Source of the DNA: Pseudomonadota bacterium
Lineage (GTDB): Bacteria > Bdellovibrionota > FAC87 > UBA2466
Direction: 5' to 3'
Assembly: GCA_043767805.1 (NCBI GenBank)
Contig: JAYUGC010000091.1
Span: 1,467 to 65,466, forward strand
Length of the DNA: 64,000 bases
Shown here: positions 38,967 through 46,440 of the stretch, one piece after another
How the letters are laid out: the number at the start of each line of letters is the position of its first letter
How positions within the stretch are numbered: the first letter of the stretch is position 1
The notes under the pieces: generated by a model
Database searches by the model: none
What the model was told of the DNA's origin: nothing
The model's input: the letters and a program-made list of their open reading frames with translations, nothing else
Program-made: the position numbers and the translations under genes

Positions 38967-40393
38967 CGACGCACCTCGGAGAGCCCCAGCGTGCGCCGGG
39001 CGGCGAGAGATTTGTGCTCAATTTCTTTCAGCTCCCGCGCCGCCGTCGAATCGGCCACGATGCCGGCACCCGCTTGCACACTGATCTTGCCCTCTTTGAC
39101 GAGCAGGCTCCGGATGGTGATGCACGAGTCCAGATTTCCCGAGAAGTCGTACATCACGACCGCGCCGCCGTAAGCTCCGCGCCGTTTCTTCTCGAGGGTC
39201 GCGATGATCTCCATGGCGCGGATTTTCGGAGCGCCAGTGAGCGTTCCCGCCGGAAAGGAGGCAAAGAGCGCGGACAGCGCGGTCTTTCCTTCGACGAGCT
39301 CTCCTTCCACCGTGGAGACGATGTGCATGACGTGAGAAAACTTTTGCACCTGATTGAAATCCCGCACCCGCACTGTTCCGGGCCGGCAAACCCGCCCGAG
39401 ATCGTTGCGGCTGAGATCCACTAGCATGAGATGTTCCGCCGTTTCCTTCGGGCTTCTGAGCAGCTGACGCTCGAGTTTCTTGTCCTCGGCGGGCGTCCTG
39501 CCTCGCGGGCGCGTGCCGGCAATGGGGCAAGTCTCCGCCAAGCGGCCGGTGACCTTCACTAGAAGTTCGGGAGAAGCGCCGAGCAGCGTCTGCGAAGGCG
39601 TCTCGAAATAATATTGATAAGGCGCGGGGCTCACTTCGCGCAGAGTTTGATAGACGTCGAGAGGTTCCGCCTCGAGGTCGTACTCCATCTTCTGCGAGAG
39701 CACGCACTGAAAGATGTCGCCGTCCAAGATGTGCTCTTTGACCGCTTTCACGCTGAGCCGAAACCCGTCGGCGTCTATTCCAGTCGGCTCCTTCTCGACG
39801 CCGCCTTTCTCGGTCACCGGAACCGGCAACGCCGCGCGCACCAAACGCTCTAATCTATCTAGCGCGCCCTGAGGCTCGGCCTCACCCGCGAAGGTATTCA
39901 CCACGACATGGGTGCGATCCGCCTTGGCGTCGACCAAGATGGCTTCGCCAAAAATCAGAAAGGAGGCTTCGTCTTCGGAGGAGCGCAAAGCCTGCAACGG
40001 AATCTTCTCCAGATACTGCACGCAGTCGTAACCTAGGTAACCCACGGCACCCGCGGCAAAAGGCGGAAGACCTTTGCCCACGAGGTTAAATTTCTCTAAA
40101 TGCGCTTGAAGCGCGTTCAAGGGATTGCCGGGCACGACGGTCTGGATGCCGTCGGTATAAACCGTGAAAACGCCGTCTCTAATGGAGAGTGTCTGGCGGG
40201 GTTTCAGAAAAAGGCTCGAGAGACCCTTTCGTTCCATCAGAAAGGAGGGCTGTGCCCGGCCTAAGGCCAAGCGCAAGGCCAGGACATCGGGAGTAACGCC
40301 CCGCAGCTCCCGCACGAAGGGGACCACGGCAATTTTCTCGGCTTCGCTTAACTCTCGGTTTTTTTCGGCTTGGTAGGCTTCTTTCCCTGCCAT
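38963..40393 (-). CDS. trpE: anthranilate synthase component I
   Basis: Chorismate-binding C-terminus ([18 protein letters not shown]). ATG 40393 has SD GAGG 5 nt upstream (the track opens at GTG 40399). Confidence 0.92.
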   Translation of the reverse strand: MAGKEAYQAEKNRELSEAEKIAVVPFVRELRGVTPDVLALRLALGRAQPSFLMERKGLSSLFLKPRQTLSIRDGVFTVYTDGIQTVVPGNPLNALQAHLEKFNLVGKGLPPFAAGAVGYLGYDCVQYLEKIPLQALRSSEDEASFLIFGEAILVDAKADRTHVVVNTFAGEAEPQGALDRLERLVRAALPVPVTEKGGVEKEPTGIDADGFRLSVKAVKEHILDGDIFQCVLSQKMEYDLEAEPLDVYQTLREVSPAPYQYYFETPSQTLLGASPELLVKVTGRLAETCPIAGTRPRGRTPAEDKKLERQLLRSPKETAEHLMLVDLSRNDLGRVCRPGTVRVRDFNQVQKFSHVMHIVSTVEGELVEGKTALSALFASFPAGTLTGAPKIRAMEIIATLEKKRRGAYGGAVVMYDFSGNLDSCITIRSLLVKEGKISVQAGAGIVADSTAARELKEIEHKSLAARRTLGLSEVRR

Positions 40394-40402
40394 AAACACC
40401 TC

Positions 40403-40505
40403 GGAAATAGGGACGTGAACAAAGGAACCCTATGGTCTCCTGGTGTCCTTATTTCCGTAGTTTAGAAAAGAAAGGCCCGAATGGGAAAGAAGAACACCAG
40501 CGGCT
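40403..40505 (-). promoter_or_regulatory. trp operon attenuator-like leader with mutually exclusive hairpins
   Basis: Minus-strand RNA. Segment 2 is UGGUGUUCUUCUUUCC (40499-40484). It pairs with segment 3, GGAAAUAAGGACACCA (40456-41), in 15 of 16 positions, one of them a G-U wobble. Segment 3 alternatively pairs with segment 4, GUCCCUAUUUCC (40414-03), in 11 of 12 positions. Segment 4 directly abuts the trpE SD GAGG. Confidence 0.6.
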
Positions 40506-40553
40506 TTATCGCCAACCTCGCCAACGCCACGATTGTGTAAAGCCGGTGTTCAT
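40506..40553 (-). CDS. trpL: trp leader peptide (15 aa, MNTGFTQSWRWRGWR)
   Basis: ATG AAC ACC GGC TTT ACA CAA TCG TGG CGT TGG CGA GGT TGG CGA TAA, read by hand from the minus strand. It has 3 Trp codons within 6 codons and lies 112 nt upstream of trpE. The SD is poor (AGG abuts the ATG). Confidence 0.65.
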   Translation of the reverse strand: MNTGFTQSWRWRGWR

Positions 40554-40645
40554 CCTGTTTTAACTATTACTTGAAACCCGAAACCGAATCAACCCTTGGC
40601 GGTGACAATTCTTGCGTCTTGAGTCGGCACTCGGACTTCTGCCAA

Positions 40646-41494
40646 ATGGCGTTCATGAAACAAAAATTCGCGGTTCTCTCGGCGGCTTTATTTCTGAGCG
40701 GCTTGGTTTCCACGACCCAGGCTGCGGACGGTACGTCTCCCGGTTATCCGGTGACGAATCCCCCTCCTGCCGCCGGTCAACAGAGCACCGACCCCTTAGC
40801 GAATGGCCAGGCTCCGGCCGGCGCGCAGGCTCAAACGCCCGCGACCCAAGAGCCGCCGAAACTTCAAGTGTATGATCCCTCACTCACCGCGCCCACCGTT
40901 CAGGTGCAGACCCAAGGCCAGCAGCCCGCCGCGGTTCAACCGGTAGTGCAACCGGTGGTCCAGCCTGTCGCGCAGCCGGTCGGCCAACCCGTGACTCAGC
41001 CGGTGGGACAGCCCATCGCGACCCAGCCGCCTCTCGTGCAGGGACAGCAGGGCGTCCAAGTGATTCAGCCCGCGGTCTTATTGGCGAGACCCGCTTCCTC
41101 TCTCGTGGCCAATGCGGATGAGATGCCTCAAATTTACAACGCGATGATGGCCTCGCGCCGTCTCGAGAACATGGCCGGCCACACGGTCGCGGCCTCTCAG
41201 CTCGTCAATTGTCTTCCCGGTCTGAACCCCGTGCAAAAGGCGCAAGCCTTGATGAATATCGTCGGCGCGCTCTCTCGCAGCCGCCTGCGCGTGGTCAACG
41301 ATGCCTTCGCCTTCGGCATTGGCGACAACCCTCAGGTTACGGTCATCGCCGCGGTTCTCGCGTGCAAGATTGGGCCGCGCTCGCCCGACCAGATCGTGCA
41401 AGACCTCACGATCGCGTACCAGGAAGCGCTCACGCGTTTCAACTACGTAAACGAGCTCTATCAGGTGGAAGTCGCCGCTCGCTTGATGAACTAG
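40646..41494 (+). CDS. secreted Pro/Gln-rich repeat protein
   Basis: ATG 40646 gives signal peptide MAFMKQKFAVLSAALFLSGLVSTTQA. Low-complexity PQ region followed by a ~150-aa C-terminal domain. Confidence 0.6.
   Translation: MAFMKQKFAVLSAALFLSGLVSTTQAADGTSPGYPVTNPPPAAGQQSTDPLANGQAPAGAQAQTPATQEPPKLQVYDPSLTAPTVQVQTQGQQPAAVQPVVQPVVQPVAQPVGQPVTQPVGQPIATQPPLVQGQQGVQVIQPAVLLARPASSLVANADEMPQIYNAMMASRRLENMAGHTVAASQLVNCLPGLNPVQKAQALMNIVGALSRSRLRVVNDAFAFGIGDNPQVTVIAAVLACKIGPRSPDQIVQDLTIAYQEALTRFNYVNELYQVEVAARLMN
40934..41017 (+). repeat. 7 x 12-nt in-frame tandem repeat encoding (V/A/G/T)QP(V/I)
   Basis: VQPV VQPV VQPV AQPV GQPV TQPV GQPI, read directly from the sequence. Confidence 0.85.
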
Positions 41495-41919
41495 TTATTG
41501 CGAGTCTCGAGACGCCGGCGAGGTGTCTCGGCGGAGAGAAACACGCGGTACTGGGAAACTTTGCCCAGCTGCCAGACCCGGCGCTGATAGGGCGCTCGGG
41601 TGCTCTTCCACGTGCCTTGCTTCGTGAGTAAGTAACGCTTTCCCTCTTCGCCGCCCACTTTAAAAAAGGGCAGCACCGTTCCGGGTGCGAGCGCTTCCAC
41701 GGGGTCACGCACTTTCCCCGCTTCGTCGGTCAGCACGAAGATCCAATGACCCAAGGCTTTCGCCCAAACCGCATAGGCCCGTTCGGGGCGAAGCTTATCC
41801 AGCGGTTCTTGAAACTCTCGGTTACTCGAGACTTCGATCCGTCGTGCTAGCGCCTTGTCGAAACCTTTGCCGAACGCGCCGGCACTCAGCGCCACCACGA
41901 GAAGAAAGAGAACTTTCAC
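41491..41919 (-). CDS. small secreted protein, unknown function
   Basis: 142 aa with signal peptide (V)KVLFLLVVALSAGAFG. GTGA overlap with the upstream gene. Confidence 0.55.
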   Translation of the reverse strand: MKVLFLLVVALSAGAFGKGFDKALARRIEVSSNREFQEPLDKLRPERAYAVWAKALGHWIFVLTDEAGKVRDPVEALAPGTVLPFFKVGGEEGKRYLLTKQGTWKSTRAPYQRRVWQLGKVSQYRVFLSAETPRRRLETRNN

Positions 41920-43361
41920 AGCGCCTCCGCTTTCGCGTAAGCCGCGGGTTCCATGCCGCCCGCCACCGCGAACTCGGGCATGCGATCCATGGCCACGTTG
42001 GGATAGCCCACTGTGAACTCGCCGCGGCTCGGCCCTTTGAAGTGATAATCGAGGGCGAGCATCTCGTACTCTTTGCTCTTGGGACTCGGCTTAATGAAAA
42101 TCGTCGTCGAGAGCGGCGTGCCGCCGGACGCGGCATCGATGACTTTCTTCTGCGCCGAGCAGGATTTCTTCAAGTAGGTCGAGGTGCCGTCGGGCAGGGA
42201 CAGAATCCAATAGAGGTTACCGCCCTCCACTTTCTGCGGAGCGGAGCCGCGTTTCGCGCCTTTCGGAAGCACCAGCGCACCCATCACTTCACTATAAAGC
42301 CGATTTCCGTCGGGGCCAGTCACGCTGCCGAGCATCTGTCCGCGAACGACCCAGCTTCCCGTATCGTTCGAGAGGATGACGCCTTGGCATTTCGCTCCCG
42401 CCGTATTTTTTCCGGCGAGCTCCCAGGTATCGCCCGCTTCGGCCACGTACACTTCGTAGTAGCGATTCGAGCTAAACGTCGCCGTGCCGCTCGCTTCGGT
42501 ACCGCCGCAAGCAACCGGATGTCCGCTGCCATCTTTCTCCACCGAGGCTTCGGCTCTGTGGCCCTCGTGAGCGGACTCTCGTTCCCGAGCGGCGGGCGCG
42601 GCGTCCAAATGAGTGAGCTCGCTCTGGTCCATCTTGGGAAGCAGCGCAGGTGGCTCGTCTCTACTTCGCCCGGTCATCGTGGGCATCGAGGACTTCGTCT
42701 TAGGCTCTCGCGCGGGCCCCGTCTGATTGAAATTAGCCAGACTCAGGACCGATCCCAAACCGGAGATCGAGGATTCGTATCCCGCCTGAGCCGCTCTCGA
42801 ATTATCGCAGCTCTCGTTTTTCTCGACGGGCGGAGCGAGACGAGGCAAACAGCGGCCGGCTTCCGCGAAGGACTCACACCAACCGTTTCCCATACGCGCT
42901 TCAAAGATAGCCTGCCAGTTCGCCTCCACCTCCGTGCCGTCGCAGGAGGTGAGTCCTTTGGCGAGCTCCCTGACTTTCGGGTTGGCATCCTCGGGCTCGT
43001 CGGGGTCGCAAACTTTCATCGTCTTATCGAGAGTCTTGAGCTGGGCCAGAAAACCTTCTTTGCCAGTCGATACCAGCTCACATTTACATTGCGGGCGCCG
43101 CGGGATGGGACAGCAATTCGCGGGCACGCGCTTCAAATGATTGCGGTACTGACTCAAGAGGACTTTCTTCCACTGCTCGTAGCTGGCCTTTTGAGACGTC
43201 TCGGTCTTCCAATCCTCGTAAATCCAAGCGAGCGACTGATACTTCTGATCGGTAATCTTCAAGGTGTTCTCGAACGCCTTCGTGCAGCGCTCGGCCATTC
43301 CAGCTTGGGCGAACGTAGCGGTTCCCCATAGACAACTTAAAAGCGTGCAGAAAAGCTTCAC
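41916..43361 (-). CDS. secreted Cys-containing protein, unknown function
   Basis: GTG 43361 has GGAG 6 nt upstream and gives VKLFCTLLSCLWGTATFAQA. GTGA overlap with the upstream gene. The long antisense + ORF is Arg-rich shadow. Confidence 0.55.
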   Translation of the reverse strand: MKLFCTLLSCLWGTATFAQAGMAERCTKAFENTLKITDQKYQSLAWIYEDWKTETSQKASYEQWKKVLLSQYRNHLKRVPANCCPIPRRPQCKCELVSTGKEGFLAQLKTLDKTMKVCDPDEPEDANPKVRELAKGLTSCDGTEVEANWQAIFEARMGNGWCESFAEAGRCLPRLAPPVEKNESCDNSRAAQAGYESSISGLGSVLSLANFNQTGPAREPKTKSSMPTMTGRSRDEPPALLPKMDQSELTHLDAAPAARERESAHEGHRAEASVEKDGSGHPVACGGTEASGTATFSSNRYYEVYVAEAGDTWELAGKNTAGAKCQGVILSNDTGSWVVRGQMLGSVTGPDGNRLYSEVMGALVLPKGAKRGSAPQKVEGGNLYWILSLPDGTSTYLKKSCSAQKKVIDAASGGTPLSTTIFIKPSPKSKEYEMLALDYHFKGPSRGEFTVGYPNVAMDRMPEFAVAGGMEPAAYAKAEAL

Positions 43362-45037
43362 GCCTTCTCCTTCTTCGCGCCGGTGTCGGGCTCGCCGCAA
43401 TCCATGCTGTTCACTTTATCGAGTAGCTCCTGGCGAAGCTTGGGGTCTTTGGGCAGAGATTCCTGGAGCGCGTCGCGGGCCGCTTCCGGGTTTTTCGCTT
43501 TCACGTAACCGGTCGCCACTTGGTCCAGGATTTTACCGCGCACGCCCGCATCGGTTTCCCGCTCGGCGAGATCCATGAGCTCCTCGATATTACCGAACGT
43601 GAGAGGCCCTACTCCCCCCTTGGGCTCATTCTTTGCTTTCGCGACGACGAGCGCGATCTGAATGGGCGGCACTCCGGACTCGGTGCCGGCTTGACCGCTG
43701 AGCCCGTCTTTCAAAGCTTCGCGCACGGGAGCTGAGCTGTCTCCTCTATCCGATAGCGCCGCGGCGGCCAGCGCCCGGACTCCGCCATCGGAATCTTTCA
43801 AAGCGGATTGAAACGCCCCGAGGATGGCTCGCTCGGGAGCCGACTTCGTAGCTGTGGAAGCGGGCGCGCGAGCCGAAGGCTCCGACGCGCCTTGAGCGGG
43901 CGTAAGCTTATCCAGCAGACCCAAAGCCATCGCGGCCTTTTGGCGGGTGGCGGCGTCTTTGTCTTTGGTCATCAAATCGGAAAGCGCTTGTCCCACGACG
44001 GGTTGCTGCTCGGGCGGAACGGCCGCGACCGCGGCGGCGGCCTCGCCACTTCCGATTTGAACGAGAAGCTTGCCGACATCGACCGGCGACGAGCCGCCGG
44101 AGGATGGCTTCGATCCGCCCTCGTCGCCGCCCGCAAATAGCCCCAGCCCTTTACTGTCTTTGCGCGCGTAACATTGACGGGGCACGACGCTTGCCACTTG
44201 GGCTGCCATCGGATCGGCCGGCTTAAACTCATCCAGATGGCCCGCGACTTTATCGACGGGCCTATTGGGTCTCAAGCGCACGACGCGCACGATGCTGGGG
44301 TTCTTGGCGTTGTACTCGATCGCGACGGTGGGAGCGACGCTAACGCTTTCCTTGAGATGGTCGACAAAGAGATCTTGAAACGTCCCGACGGAAAGCCGTC
44401 CGGCGGGCTTGGAGGCAAAAGACTCAGGTCTTTGCATCGCTTCCGAGCCCGTCAAAGTGAGCAGCGAAAAGACTTGGGTGCCTTTAGCCACCGGCATGAG
44501 CAAAGCTCCGGCTCCTTGAAACTTCCCGTCGCGATGAAGCAGGAAAGTACGGCTTCCCGGAAGCGCGCTCGCCCAACGCACTGGCGCGGTGACTTCGGCT
44601 TTGCTGCAATCATCTCCCGCGCACCCCTTGCGGCTCGGATCGTTCCAAAGCGCGTGCAACTTGCGCGGGACTTCGGCGAGCTCCCATTTTTCGCGCGAGT
44701 CGCTCGTTTCCTCGGCAGCGCGGTAATAGGTAAGACTGGGTGCGTCTTGGACGCGCCACAACTCGGCTCCAAAGCCAGGCACCTTCTCGTTTAACCGCCG
44801 CAGGTTGGCTAAGACCGCTTCAAAGGTCTCACAGTGAAATTTCGGCGAGCCATAAAACTCCTGAAGCTCCTTCTTGTAGGCTGCCACCAAGGCTGGCTGA
44901 CTCAGGAAGTCGGAAAGGCTCTTTGCTTTTCCCACAATTTGCTCGAGCGAGTCATAGGGACCAGCGAACGCGAGCGTGCCCCAAGCCAACCCAACCACGA
45001 AGACGTTCAGACTCATCCTTTTTGAAAAGAGCGCCAT
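43358..45037 (-). CDS. secreted protein with C-terminal HEAT/PBS-lyase-like repeats
   Basis: ATG 45037 gives MALFSKRMSLNVFVVGLAWGTLAFA. C-terminal repeats of the type LKDSDGGVRALAAAALS and DKDAATRQKAAMALG. Confidence 0.55.
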   Translation of the reverse strand: MALFSKRMSLNVFVVGLAWGTLAFAGPYDSLEQIVGKAKSLSDFLSQPALVAAYKKELQEFYGSPKFHCETFEAVLANLRRLNEKVPGFGAELWRVQDAPSLTYYRAAEETSDSREKWELAEVPRKLHALWNDPSRKGCAGDDCSKAEVTAPVRWASALPGSRTFLLHRDGKFQGAGALLMPVAKGTQVFSLLTLTGSEAMQRPESFASKPAGRLSVGTFQDLFVDHLKESVSVAPTVAIEYNAKNPSIVRVVRLRPNRPVDKVAGHLDEFKPADPMAAQVASVVPRQCYARKDSKGLGLFAGGDEGGSKPSSGGSSPVDVGKLLVQIGSGEAAAAVAAVPPEQQPVVGQALSDLMTKDKDAATRQKAAMALGLLDKLTPAQGASEPSARAPASTATKSAPERAILGAFQSALKDSDGGVRALAAAALSDRGDSSAPVREALKDGLSGQAGTESGVPPIQIALVVAKAKNEPKGGVGPLTFGNIEELMDLAERETDAGVRGKILDQVATGYVKAKNPEAARDALQESLPKDPKLRQELLDKVNSMDCGEPDTGAKKEKA

Positions 45038-45098
45038 AGCAACGAGGGGAAAACTCAGGAAAGAGTAAACGTTAATTATACAGCGAGATCGCGCTAAG

Positions 45099-45114
45099 TG
45101 GCATGTGCGTTGCA
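45099..45114 (+). promoter_or_regulatory. sigma-54 promoter (TGGCATG-N4-TTGCA)
   Basis: One mismatch to TGGCACG-N4-TTGCW. Lies 35 nt upstream of ATG 45149, which has SD TAGGAGG. Confidence 0.7.
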
Positions 45115-45148
45115 CAAGTTGCCGGCGTAACAAATGTAGGAGGTTAGT

Positions 45149-45628
45149 ATGAAAAAGTTGTTCTCTATGAGTCTGTTGGCCGCTCTTGTGTCCCTTCCGG
45201 TTCTGGGTGCGGTAGATAACGCCCCGATGTTGATCACCTTGAAGGTGACCAGCGTAGAAAATACCGGAAAAGTTCTCAAACACGTCACCGAGGACGAGAT
45301 GGAGCGTTATTCCGTGGGCGTGCCCGTGGAAGTTCAGCTCCCGAACGGTTGTACCAAGTTCGTGGGTATCGAAAAATACGCGCTGAAGATCGCGGGAACG
45401 AGTTTGTTCCCCTCGATCGTCGCCAAAGGCGCCATCGATCCCGTCAATGAAGTCTGCACTGCTGTTGCGCCAAGTCCCATTAAGGCAGTGGTCGTCGTTG
45501 ATTTTTCCCTCAAAAGTGATGAGGACCGTCGCAATCAGCCGCTCACCAAGCGCATGCGTATCGGCGCTGATACGTACGAGATTCGCTTGAACTCCACTCG
45601 GGATCTCATCGACATCTCCAAGCCGTAA
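45149..45628 (+). CDS. small secreted protein, unknown function
   Basis: 159 aa with signal peptide MKKLFSMSLLAALVSLPVLGA and a strong SD. Flanked by the sigma-54 motif and a terminator. Confidence 0.65.
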   Translation: MKKLFSMSLLAALVSLPVLGAVDNAPMLITLKVTSVENTGKVLKHVTEDEMERYSVGVPVEVQLPNGCTKFVGIEKYALKIAGTSLFPSIVAKGAIDPVNEVCTAVAPSPIKAVVVVDFSLKSDEDRRNQPLTKRMRIGADTYEIRLNSTRDLIDISKP

Positions 45629-45638
45629 GTTCCAGCGA

Positions 45639-45672
45639 GGGAGGGACCTTCGCGGGTCCCTCCCCCATTTTT
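45639..45672 (+). terminator. rho-independent terminator
   Basis: Perfect 10-bp stem GGGAGGGACC/GGTCCCTCCC with a 6-nt loop, followed by CCATTTTT. Starts 11 nt after the stop codon. Confidence 0.8.
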
Positions 45673-45731
45673 AGCAGTGGCCATTTCTTAACCAAGCTCT
45701 CAACTGGGACCTCCCCCAGATCAACGTACGC

Positions 45732-46241
45732 ATGGTCAAAAAAGAAAAGACCGCCCTTGGCAAGCGGGTGTCCTACAACGAGCCGGTCACCGAGACGAAA
45801 ATCGAGAAGACCCGCACGGAAACGGTTTTGTTCACGTTGAAAGATGTAGCCCTCATCGCGGAGAAGAAAGAAGGCGCCGATTTGAGTCTCCTCCTTCCGC
45901 CTGAAATCCCCTTGGAGCTCTCCCAAAGGACTCAAATGGCTTCGTCACTTCCCTCCAGGCTTCCATCGAGGAACGCTTTTCGGACAAGGCCTTGGACGAA
46001 GGCATCGCCTTTCGCTTCGAGAACGTACCCGGCACGGTCGAGTCCATTGCCCGGGGACAAAAACCCACGCTCGATAGCGCTTTAAGGGACGCACTGGGCC
46101 CGCAACCTCGGCTATGTATACGCGCTCACGGACGAGGAGCAGCAGCTCGCGGCTTCTGTCCCCGGTCCGAAAGTGGGTTGGTGTGGCTGGGCCTGGAAAA
46201 CCGTGCGCAAACTATTCCCGCCCAAAGCGACCGCCAACTGA
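45732..46241 (+). pseudogene. possible frame-disrupted gene (two compensating shifts) of unknown function
   Basis: Frame 0 looks protein-like at 45732-~45910 and 46100-46241 (NLGYVYALTDEEQQ...GWCGWAWKTVRKLF). Between these, frame +2 looks protein-like and has higher GC3 (FVTSLQASIEERFSDKALDEGIAFRFENVPGTVESIARGQKPTLDSALRDAL). Confidence 0.3.
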
Positions 46242-46244
46242 GAG

Positions 46245-46391
46245 CTAACCTCGTCCGGGTTTAGCCTTAGGCTTTGCCTTGGACTTGCTCTTCGCAGTCG
46301 GCTGATTCTTCGCCTTCGCTGGCGCACCCGTCTCTTCTTTGGGCTTGTCGTTGCTGTGCTCCCAGTTTCCAGTCCGCGGATTTTGTTTCAT
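46245..46391 (-). CDS. small Lys/Ala/Pro-rich basic protein (48 aa)
   Basis: Not in the ORF track. AAGGAG lies 6 nt before the ATG. Hand translation: MKQNPRTGNWEHSNDKPKEETGAPAKAKNQPTAKSKSKAKPKAKPGRG. Confidence 0.5.
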   Translation of the reverse strand: MKQNPRTGNWEHSNDKPKEETGAPAKAKNQPTAKSKSKAKPKAKPGRG

Positions 46392-46440
46392 AGCGATCTC
46401 CTTAACCCCCAGCCTACGAGAGTTTGGAGACCCTGGCTAT

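Noticed and set aside
40481-40540. A 19-codon + strand ORF (MGKKNTSGFIANLANATIV) in the trpE upstream region.
   Set aside because: It lies antisense to the Trp-rich leader ORF, has no Trp or other regulatory codon bias and has a weak context. It is most likely a by-product of the opposite-strand leader.
41685-43331. Long + strand ORF (548 aa). Similar long antisense ORFs occur at 459-1175, 11129-11779, 18083-19192, 21665-22315, 29582-30403, 46339-47673 and 49924-50895.
   Set aside because: The translations are Arg/Gly/Pro-rich and low in complexity, typical of shadow frames opposite real genes in GC-rich DNA. The opposite-strand ORFs carry recognisable motifs, signal peptides or better composition.
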